From: Alphaproteobacteria bacterium
GTDB lineage: Bacteria; Pseudomonadota; Alphaproteobacteria; Bin95
Direction: 5' to 3'
NCBI GenBank assembly: GCA_964291285.2
Contig: OZ219786.1
Coordinates: 320,001-384,000 of the forward strand
DNA length: 64,000 bases
Both the position numbers and the translations under genes were made by a program. Numbering within the stretch: position 1 is the first letter of the stretch; the number at the start of each line of letters is the position of its first letter. Shown here piece by piece: positions 53,471 to 61,702 of this stretch. Under the pieces are notes generated by a model. The model had not been told where the DNA came from, did not search any database, and saw only the letters and a program-made list of their open reading frames with translations.

Positions 53471-54739
53471 ATGTCAACACAGACCGGCAAGCGCACTGCA
53501 AACCTCAAGCTCACCCTCAACAAGCGAAACGTCGAAGCCCTCAAGCCCCGGCACAAACCCTTCATCGCATGGGACGACCGCCTCACCGGATTCGGCATCC
53601 GCGTCCAGCCCTCGGGCATGCGCTCCTACATCGTCAACTACCGCGCCGGCGACGGCGGGCGCAAGGCCGCCAACCGGCGCCTCGTCCTCGGCCGCCACGG
53701 CCGCATCACCCCCGAACAGGCCAGGCGCCTCGCCCGGGAGACGCTGGGCCGCGTCGCCGCCGGCGAGGACCCCGCCGCCGGGCGCACCCGCGCCCGCGCC
53801 ATGCCGACGGTGCGGGACGCCTTCGAGGACTATCTCGCCGCCGGGCCGGCGCGCAAGGACAGTACCGTTGCGGTATACCGCAGCACCGTCCACAAGGACC
53901 TCGGTGACTGGCTCGACCGCCCTCTCGACACCATCGGGCGCCGCGATGTCGAGCAGCGCTTCCGGCGCCTGAGCGAGAATGCCGGGTGGGTGCAGGCCAA
54001 CAATGCGATGAAGATGCTGCGCGCCCTCTACCGCCGCCAGTGCCTCGACCATGAGGGGCTGCACAATCCGGTGGACCAGTGGCGCGTCGCGGGCGGGCGG
54101 CCCCATCGCCCGAAACGGCGCATCATCCAGCCGCCGGCCGAGGTGCTGCCGCGCTGGCACCGCGGCATCGAGGCGGCGGTGCGTAACCCGGTCGCCCGCG
54201 ACGCCTTGCACTTCGGCCTCTATACCGGCATGCGCCGGGCCGAAGTATTCGGCCTCGCATGGGCGCGGGTGGACAGGGCGGCGATGGTGTTCCGGGTCGA
54301 GGACACCAAGACCGGCGCGCCGTTGGCGCTTCCCGTCACCCGGCAGCTCGCGGCCATTCTCGAACGCCGCCTGGCCGAACGCGACCGTGTCCCCGAGGCG
54401 AACCGGGGCTGGGTGTTCCCGTCCGAAACCAGCAGGTCCGGGCGTCTCACCGGCATGCAGCACATGAATGCGCGCATCGGCGAGGCGGGCGGCGCGAAAT
54501 TCTGGTTCCATGCCCTGCGCAACTGCTTCATCACCGTCGCCGACCGCGACCTGATGCTGCCGGCCAGCCTGACCAAGCGGCTGGTCAACCACGCCCGGCC
54601 CCGGGACGTGACCGAGGGCTATGCCGCCGACTGGACCATGGAGCAACTCCGCGACGCCGCCCAGCGCATCTCTGACAGGATCGACGCATTGATCCGCGAA
54701 GGCATTCCCGCGCCACCGGCCTTGCCGCCGACAGCATGA
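53471..54739 (+). CDS. Tyrosine integrase with arm-binding N-domain (Int1)
   Basis: WD..LTGFGIRV, YTGMR..E, DTKTG, FHALR, LVNH, VTEGY. Confidence 0.92.
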   Translation: MSTQTGKRTANLKLTLNKRNVEALKPRHKPFIAWDDRLTGFGIRVQPSGMRSYIVNYRAGDGGRKAANRRLVLGRHGRITPEQARRLARETLGRVAAGEDPAAGRTRARAMPTVRDAFEDYLAAGPARKDSTVAVYRSTVHKDLGDWLDRPLDTIGRRDVEQRFRRLSENAGWVQANNAMKMLRALYRRQCLDHEGLHNPVDQWRVAGGRPHRPKRRIIQPPAEVLPRWHRGIEAAVRNPVARDALHFGLYTGMRRAEVFGLAWARVDRAAMVFRVEDTKTGAPLALPVTRQLAAILERRLAERDRVPEANRGWVFPSETSRSGRLTGMQHMNARIGEAGGAKFWFHALRNCFITVADRDLMLPASLTKRLVNHARPRDVTEGYAADWTMEQLRDAAQRISDRIDALIREGIPAPPALPPTA

Positions 54740-54754
54740 CGCGTGGACCTTTTC

Positions 54755-55070
54755 CGGGCCCTCGACATGGGTGCGGGTGGTGATGCGCTTGCCGTGCTTC
54801 TCGATGGTGGCCTCTTGCAGGAGGTCGAGGTCGCGGATCAGGTCGTGCCATTCGATGCTGACGCCAGCGGCGGCGCATCGGTCGGCCAGTTCCTTCTGGA
54901 GGACCAGCGCGAGGAAGGAGCAGAAGACGTGGCCGCGGATCGCGGCGTTGCAGGAGTGGTAGATCGGTCGGGTGCGCAACTGGGCCTTCGCCCGGCGGAA
55001 CAGGTCTTCCACCGTGAGCAGCTCCCGGTAGCGGAGCACGGCGTTGAGCGGCGTCATGCCGGCGTTGGTG
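54755..55070 (-). pseudogene. C-terminal remnant of a second IS1634-type transposase
   Basis: Y.ELL.VE..FR..K..L.TRPIYH....IRGHVFCSFLALVL; no N-terminal part. Confidence 0.8.
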
Positions 55071-55189
55071 CGCCAGCCTATCTGGGGATATACCGGTGCG
55101 AGCCTCGCAAGGCGACGATGTAGAGGTCCATCGGGTCGCGGGTGCGGGAGACCGGGCGGCGGATGGCGTCGTGGCCGTGAGCCTCCCGC

Positions 55190-55603
55190 TCACCGGCGGC
55201 CTTGTCCGGTGCCGGCCAGCACGCCGTCGACCCGGGCGCGCGAGAGGCGGAACCGGCCCGAAGCTGTCCCCGTAGACAGCGCGTCGCGTCGACCCGGGCG
55301 CGCGAGACGCGGAACTCCCGCGCGATCGCCGCCGGCCTGAGGCCGGCCTCGAAGGCGGCGAGGATCGGCCTTTTCCTGCCCCTGCGTCACCGGCCTGGCG
55401 CGCGCCCTTCCTCCGGATGTCTTGCCGGCCTGCCGCCCGCGCCTGCGGGCCTCGGCTGTCGCCGCTTCGACCGGCCGGTCGAGGTCCGCGTCGTCGAGAT
55501 GGCGGAGCAAACGGTCGAGGCTCCCGCCGCGCTTTCCCGTCCCGCCACCCGAGCGCGCCGTCCTTCCTGCGCGTTGCCCCGTTTTCGTGGTCCTTCCTGT
55601 CAC
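55190..55603 (-). pseudogene. Small HTH protein gene, apparently frameshifted
   Basis: After VTQGQEK another frame reads ILAAFEAGLRPAAIAREFRVSRARVD (HTH-like); 29-bp repeat at 55225/55287. Confidence 0.5.
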
Positions 55604-55854
55604 CTACAACCGGTGAGCGCATCGCGTGTGCGCTGGTCGATTGCAGCCCGAACGTGCCGGTGTGGCCATGGCCAGGGTGCTCTCCAGCTACCGGTCACCC
55701 GTGCCGCCGGCCCGCCGCCCGCCGTCGGGAACGCCGCCTCCCCCGCTCCGCGCCGGCAGGAGGGAAGGTCTGGCCGTGAGCGGGGCGGCGGTCGGCGCTT
55801 CGGAGAGCGGGGCGCTGCCGCCGGGTTCCACCACGGCACGATGGAGACGGCAGC

Positions 55855-56187
55855 ATGACGGCAGCAACGATGGCGATGCCCGGCAATACGGCAAGCACGT
55901 TCCTGGTCCACTATTTCGGCGGCGGCCTCGACGGCGACGACCGCTTCGTGGTCGAGCGGTTCCGCGCCCTGGCCTGCGGCGACATTCGTCCGGTCCGGGA
56001 CGGCGAGGAGAACGCGAAGGGGCGGCGCAAGGTCAGGCGCACCGTGGTCTCGCGCAAGGAGGCCGAGGCGATGCGCCCGGAGCGCACCGAGATCATCATC
56101 TGCACCGGCCTTCGCACCCGCGGCGGGAAACAGGCCTGGGGTTCGGTTGCGGCGGGCCTCCTGTGCGACCGCAAGCAGCGCGGCTGA
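55855..56187 (+). CDS. Hypothetical protein
   Basis: GGAG RBS; co-oriented with the island genes; no motif recognised. Confidence 0.5.
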   Translation: MTAATMAMPGNTASTFLVHYFGGGLDGDDRFVVERFRALACGDIRPVRDGEENAKGRRKVRRTVVSRKEAEAMRPERTEIIICTGLRTRGGKQAWGSVAAGLLCDRKQRG

Positions 56188-56274
56188 GCGCTTTCCCGAG
56201 GGACGTCCCGCCGGCCCGGCCGGGTCGGCGGGACGATCCTCTTCCGTTTTCCCCACGGCAAGGAGAACGCTCCC

Positions 56275-57297
56275 ATGTGCGAGCAGCAGGACATCGGGGC
56301 CCGGCGCGCGCGGAACCTGGAGCGCTGGCGTCGTCGGGTTGCCGACCGGCGCGCGCGCGGCAAGTGCATCGGGTGCGGCAAGCGCGAACCCGAGCCCGCG
56401 CGGACCCTGTGCGCGCCCTGCGGCGAGAAGCGGAACCGGGCGAGCCGGGCCAGGGACGCAAGGCTGCGCACCGCCGGCCTCCCCCGGAGAGACCCCGACA
56501 AGGCCCGCGCCCAGGAGCGCGACCGGTCCCGCCGCGAGGCTGAAATGCGCCGCGACGCCGGGCTCTGCATCCGGTGCGGCAAGCAGCCGGCCGCCGATGG
56601 CCGTGCGTCCTGCCAGCCGTGCCTGGAGAAGCGCCGGGCAGCGGACCGCGCGAAATACGCCGCCGGGAAAGCCGCCGGCCTCAGGTATGGCGGGGCCGAT
56701 GCCGAGGCCAAAAGGCGCGCCGCCCGGGCGAAGAGCAAGCGCCGCCAGAAAGCCCGGATCGAGGCGGGACTCTGTATCCGCTGCGGCAGGCAGCCCCCTG
56801 CCGGGGGCGGAACCACCTGCCAGCCCTGCCGGGACAGGAGGCAGGCGGCGGAACGCCGGAAATACCGGGACCGGCGCCAGGCCGGGCTCTGCACCCGGTG
56901 CGGCGCCGCCGTCCATGACGGTCTGTCGCGCTGCGCGCCGTGTGCCGCCATCGAGGAGGCCAGCCACAACCCGGAGCGCAAGAACGCACGCTCGCGGCAG
57001 TTGTACGCCCGGCGCCGGGCCGCCGGCCTGTGCACGGCCTGCGGGGCGCCGTCACAGGGGGCGGCGCGCTGTGCGCCCTGTGCCGAGAGGTCGTATCAAG
57101 GGTCGGGGCATTTCAGGGGCATCCCGGTCCACGAGCCGGTCTGGACCGTGATCGAACTGGAGACCGGCCGCGAGCACGGTCCGTTCGACGATCCGGCCGA
57201 TGTCGCCCTCTGCCTCGCCTTCGGGAAGCTCGACCGCAACCGCGTCGAGATCGTCGCCGACGCCCCCGTCACCGCCTCCTTCACCGCCTGGACCTGA
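56275..57297 (+). CDS. Protein with five tandem C4 zinc-finger-like repeats
   Basis: Five G(L/K)CxxCG-x(8-11)-CxPC units with Arg-rich linkers; AAGGAG RBS. Confidence 0.8.
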   Translation: MCEQQDIGARRARNLERWRRRVADRRARGKCIGCGKREPEPARTLCAPCGEKRNRASRARDARLRTAGLPRRDPDKARAQERDRSRREAEMRRDAGLCIRCGKQPAADGRASCQPCLEKRRAADRAKYAAGKAAGLRYGGADAEAKRRAARAKSKRRQKARIEAGLCIRCGRQPPAGGGTTCQPCRDRRQAAERRKYRDRRQAGLCTRCGAAVHDGLSRCAPCAAIEEASHNPERKNARSRQLYARRRAAGLCTACGAPSQGAARCAPCAERSYQGSGHFRGIPVHEPVWTVIELETGREHGPFDDPADVALCLAFGKLDRNRVEIVADAPVTASFTAWT

Positions 57298-57487
57298 CAT
57301 GCTGTCCCGGGCGGCGATGGCGGCGCTCGCCTGGCCGCGGTCCGCCGCGCCGTCCCTGTGTCGTGGAGAGGAGTAAAGCGCCTGCCGGGCGAGTGTCCGG
57401 CAGGGCGGAGGAGAGGACTCCCCGCCGATGCCGGATCGATGTCCGGCACAGGTCGCCGGGCAGGACAACGGCAGAGGAGTTCCCGCC

Positions 57488-57694
57488 ATGTTTCATCCCG
57501 ATACATCCCTCGACCTCCCGACCGGCTGCGACCTGCTCGCCGAACTCGGCGTCGACCGTCGCACCGTCCGCGAGATCGCCGAGGACGAGCGCGCCATCCG
57601 CTGTCCCGACCGGGGCGCGGCCTGTCCGGTGCACGGCTTCGCGAGCCTCTTCCCGGAACCGGCGTCGTCGTTCTCTCCGGGCGGTCAGGGGTAG
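57488..57694 (+). CDS. Small hypothetical protein
   Basis: AGAGGAG RBS; 68 aa; upstream of ssb. Confidence 0.5.
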   Translation: MFHPDTSLDLPTGCDLLAELGVDRRTVREIAEDERAIRCPDRGAACPVHGFASLFPEPASSFSPGGQG

Positions 57695-57798
57695 AGGAGG
57701 GCCTGAAGAGATTGAACGGGCAGGGGTTCGGGGGAGTGACCCCGGCCCCGGTCGTTCGCAACCCATCGTCATCAACGCGAACCTGAAGGAGTATCGCA

Positions 57799-58227
57799 AT
57801 GAGCTTCGGATTGAACAAGGTGCAGATCATCGGCCGCCTCGGCGCGGACGTCACCATCAACCACCTGCAGAACGGCGGCCGCGTGGCCAATCTGAGCGTT
57901 GCCACCGACGAGAGCTACATCGACCGGAACGGCAGCGGCGAGCGGATCGACAGGACCGAGTGGCACCGGGTCGTGACCTTCCAGGACGGGCTGATCGACA
58001 TGCTCGCCAGGCACGCCACGAAGGGCCGGCTGGTCTACATCGACGGCAAGCTCCAGACCCGGCGCTGGAAGAAGCCGGGCGAGGACTCCGACCGCTTCTC
58101 GACCGAGATCCTGCTGGTCCCGGGTGGGCGCGTCCAGTTCCTCGACAAGGCGAACGGCAACGCCGCGCAGCCCGGCCCGGACGCGGCGGGCGGCGACCCG
58201 ATGGATGGGGATCAGATCCCGTTCTAG
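57799..58227 (+). CDS. ssb: Single-stranded DNA-binding protein
   Basis: LNKVQIIGRLG.D, TEWHRVV, KG.LVYI.G.LQTR.W, acidic DQIPF tail. Confidence 0.95.
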   Translation: MSFGLNKVQIIGRLGADVTINHLQNGGRVANLSVATDESYIDRNGSGERIDRTEWHRVVTFQDGLIDMLARHATKGRLVYIDGKLQTRRWKKPGEDSDRFSTEILLVPGGRVQFLDKANGNAAQPGPDAAGGDPMDGDQIPF

Positions 58228-58254
58228 AGCTTCCCGTTCTTCCCCCCCCCCCAC

Positions 58255-58285
58255 AGGGCCGGCGCCTCGCGCGTCGGCCCTTTTC
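58255..58285 (+). terminator. Likely intrinsic terminator after ssb
   Basis: AGGGCCGGCGC...GCGTCGGCCCT stem followed by TTTCT. Confidence 0.6.
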
Positions 58286-58412
58286 TCATGCGGGCAGGTT
58301 CAAGTCTCGCCGCGGCGCATACGGGAGTGGGAGCGAGGCTGGAAAGCGGGTGAACCGCGCGAGGAGGAGAGGGAGCCCGCTCGCGCACCCGTCACGCTAC
58401 CCGGAGAACCCG

Positions 58413-58640
58413 ATGAGCACCATCTCCTTCCGCCGCATCGCCCCCGACGAATCCCGCATCTACCGGGACGGCGACCATGTCGGCGACGTCCACGCCTTCG
58501 ACGACAGCATCCGGCCGGGGCGCAGGGTGTTCGCCATACATCTCGACGAGGACCCGCGCGGGCCCGTCTATCTCCACGACCGCACCCGCATCCGCGAGGT
58601 CGCCGGGCGCCTGGTCCTCTCCCATCCCCTGTGGGGTTGA
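58413..58640 (+). CDS. Small hypothetical protein
   Basis: GGAG RBS; 75 aa (MSTISFRRIAPDESRIY...HLDEDPRGP). Confidence 0.6.
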   Translation: MSTISFRRIAPDESRIYRDGDHVGDVHAFDDSIRPGRRVFAIHLDEDPRGPVYLHDRTRIREVAGRLVLSHPLWG

Positions 58641-59012
58641 CGCAAGGGCGGGCAACGGCGCCTCCCGCTCCGGCGCCGTGCCGGCCGAACCGACGATGGG
58701 GTCCGTGCAGGGCGAGAGAAATACGCCACCCCGCTGTGATGTCCAATCGTGTCACACGGGCTCGCGACAGCAACCCCTGCGGGGTCCTCCGGTCGCTCCG
58801 CTCCCTGCGGCCCGGCCAAGAAGCTCCAAGGGCGGACCGTGAAAGTCGACGACCGTGAAGATCGCAGGGCGATCTTCCGCACCACTCGCCGACTTTCCGC
58901 ACCACTCCGCCCAGGAGCTTCTACGCCCGGGTGCTTCTGCTGCGCGCGCGTGCCCCGACAGGACATCACAACGGGGATCGGCCCCGAACGTGAAAACCGA
59001 AAGGAAAACGAC

Positions 59013-59939
59013 ATGACCTTCCATACCGATACCACCGAAACCGCAGCACAGTCCGCAACCGCGATCGTCTGCGACAACGCCGCTCTCTTCGGCGCAACCC
59101 CCGAGCGCGACGAGTTCGATACCCGCGAGATCTGGGACCAGGACGAGGCCATCACCGCCGTCACCGAAGCCTTCCGCATCCTCAGCCGGGGCGTCGCGCC
59201 CGACGGATACCAGATGGCAGACGAACGCGAGAGCCTGCTCTGGGGCTTCGTCAACATGCTCCACGCCCAGACACAGCGCCTCGACCGCAGCGTCGACAAG
59301 CTCACCCCCGAACTCCAGGACCTCCAGCGCACACAGGACGGCTCCGAGATCAGGTCCCTGGAACTGGAACTCGTGACCGACCGCGCACAGTGCCTCACCG
59401 CACGCCGCGACGCCTTCGAGACATTGCGCAACGAGGCCGCCGAAGCCTACCGCGCAGACACCGGCGACACATGGCGGCCCCGGCGCGGCAGCCACGCCAG
59501 CCAGACCGGACATCTGACCTCCGCTGCCATCGACGCCCGCGACTTCGTCCGCGCCCGAAAGGACCGCAAGACACAGGCCCACCTGCCCCAGGGAACCCTC
59601 GTCGCCATCGCCGGCGGAAAGGACATCGCAAACCCGGCAGCCGTCATCGAGCGCCTCGACAAGGTCCGCGCCAGGTATGCCGACCTCGTCCTCGTGCATG
59701 GCGGCGGTCCCGGCGTCGAGAAGATCGCGGCGCGCTGGGCCGAGCGCAACGGTGTCCACCAGGTCGTCTGCAAGCCCGACTGGGACCGCCACGGTCGCGC
59801 CGCACCCTTCCGCCGCAACGACGAACTGCTCAACCTCCTGCCGAAGGGCGTCATCGCCTTCCCCGGCTCCGGCATCACCGAGAACCTCGTCGACAAGGCG
59901 AAGCAGCTCGGCATCCCGGTGATGAAGGTAGCAGCCTGA
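59013..59939 (+). CDS. DUF2493 (YspA/SLOG-like) domain protein
   Basis: C-terminal VAIAGG, LVHGG..G.E.IA..WA, PDW.RHG.AAPFRRN, AFPG.G.T; AAAGGAAA RBS. Confidence 0.85.
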   Translation: MTFHTDTTETAAQSATAIVCDNAALFGATPERDEFDTREIWDQDEAITAVTEAFRILSRGVAPDGYQMADERESLLWGFVNMLHAQTQRLDRSVDKLTPELQDLQRTQDGSEIRSLELELVTDRAQCLTARRDAFETLRNEAAEAYRADTGDTWRPRRGSHASQTGHLTSAAIDARDFVRARKDRKTQAHLPQGTLVAIAGGKDIANPAAVIERLDKVRARYADLVLVHGGGPGVEKIAARWAERNGVHQVVCKPDWDRHGRAAPFRRNDELLNLLPKGVIAFPGSGITENLVDKAKQLGIPVMKVAA

Positions 59940-60565
59940 CCGCAACGCATCGCGGGCCGTGTCGTCGCTCCGGCTGCGGCACGGTCCGTTTCCTCTTTCG
60001 CACATCGATGACGCGGCAACGCCAACCTCGCGCGCTTCGCGCCGCACTCGTGCTCCGGCTTCGCCGATCGCGCTTGCGTTCCGCGTCCGCGTCACGCGCC
60101 GCTGCACCATGCTTCGCCCGGGTGCATCGCCGTCCGCGCCGATCCCGGCGCACTTCCGCCAGCGTGACTGTCGACGGCACTGCCGCCGCTGCCGCCCGTC
60201 CGCTCGGCACGGTGCTTCGCACCAGTGCCCGCGCTCGCGCCGGCGAGGCCGTCCGCTCACACGCCGCGGCGGCTCCCCTCCGCCGGGTTCCCCGGCGTCG
60301 ATTTCCCCATCGTGTATGCTATCCCTTCCGGCTCTGTCTCGACGGCGGAGCCGCTATTTCGTCACACCAGACGCATCCTTGATGCAGGGAGCGAGGCCCG
60401 GCCGGCCTGCATCGGTCGGCAGTTTTCCGTTGCGTGACAGGCGGTTGGGCCTGGCCCGGCCTCTGACCGCGGTCCCGCGCGCAGGTCGCGTTGTCCGTTC
60501 AGGAGCGCCGTTCCGTTCCCCCGGGACGGACGGCGCCCGAGGGAACAGACAACGGAGACACGCCC

Positions 60566-61702
60566 ATGCGCATCCATGCCCCCGTCAACGAGCGGACGGT
60601 CCGCCGCACCTTCAGGGAGAAGAAACCCGGACGATACGGCCTGACCGTCATCGACAGGGACCTGCCCGCCTTCGGCTTCACCGTCGCCGGGAACGGGACG
60701 AAGACCTTCTTCGTCCGGACCTCACGCCAGTTCGGCGTGCCCAGGGCGATCCTCGGCACGACCGACGACATGACCGCCGCCGAGGCGAGGGAGAAGGCCA
60801 TTGCCGCCATCGCCGAAGCCAAAGCCGACCGCGAGACCGGGCCGCTGTTCGCCGACTTCGCGGCCGACTTCATGCGCCGCCAGGGGCGGCGCTGGAAATC
60901 CTCCACGAGGAAGGCCAACGCCCATCTGGTCGAGCGCCGCCTCGTGCCCTTCTTCGGCGCGATGCCCGTCGCGAAGATCGACCGCGCCGATGTGCGGCGC
61001 TGGTTCGATTCCCTCAGCGGAACCCCCGGCAGCGCCAACCGGACCCTGCCGGTGCTCTCGGTGATGATGCGGCAGGCGGAGCTATGGGACCTTCGCCCGC
61101 AGGGCTCCAACCCCTGCCGCAACATGCGGCGCTACAGGACGGCGCCGCGCGAGCGCTTCCTGTCCCTGGACGAGTTGAAGCGCCTCGGCTTCGTCCTCGA
61201 CCATGCCGAGGACCGGCAGGCCGCCGCCGCCATCCGCCTGCTGCTGTTCACCGGCGCCCGGTCGTCCGAGATCGCCGGCCTGCAATGGGACTGGATACGG
61301 GACACCCGCGCGGTGTTGCCGGACTCCAAGACTGGGCCGAAGACGCTCCAGCTTCCCCCGCCCGCGCGGGCCGTCCTGACTGGCCTGCCGCGCGAGGGAC
61401 GCTTCGTCTTCCCGAACGGGAAGGGCGACGGCCCGATGACCGACCTCGGCCTGCGCTGGCAGAAGCTGCGCGGTCTCGCCGGGCTGGACGATGTGCGCAT
61501 CCACGACTGCCGGCATACCTTCGCCTCCCATGCCGTGATGAGCGGCCTCGACCTCTACACCGTCGGCCGCCTGCTCGGCCATGCCGATACCGCCTCCACC
61601 GAACGCTACGCCCATCTCGCCGACAAGCATGTCCGCGAGGCGGCCGGGCGCATCTCCGGCATCGTCCACGAGGCCATGACCGGGAAGGAGAGCGGGCGAT
61701 GA
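60566..61702 (+). CDS. Tyrosine integrase (Int2)
   Basis: D..LPAFG..V, FTGAR..EI, DSKTG, IHDCRH, LLGH, TERY. Confidence 0.92.
   Translation: MRIHAPVNERTVRRTFREKKPGRYGLTVIDRDLPAFGFTVAGNGTKTFFVRTSRQFGVPRAILGTTDDMTAAEAREKAIAAIAEAKADRETGPLFADFAADFMRRQGRRWKSSTRKANAHLVERRLVPFFGAMPVAKIDRADVRRWFDSLSGTPGSANRTLPVLSVMMRQAELWDLRPQGSNPCRNMRRYRTAPRERFLSLDELKRLGFVLDHAEDRQAAAAIRLLLFTGARSSEIAGLQWDWIRDTRAVLPDSKTGPKTLQLPPPARAVLTGLPREGRFVFPNGKGDGPMTDLGLRWQKLRGLAGLDDVRIHDCRHTFASHAVMSGLDLYTVGRLLGHADTASTERYAHLADKHVREAAGRISGIVHEAMTGKESGR

Noticed and set aside
58662-58671. CTCCCGCTCC matching the tRNA-Gly 3' end (possible att duplication)
   Set aside because: A 10-bp GC-rich match with core genes in between; expected by chance.
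59944-59953. AACGCATCGC matching the missing continuation of IS5 copy 2 (possible attR)
   Set aside because: Only 10 bp; the IS sequence does not continue afterwards.
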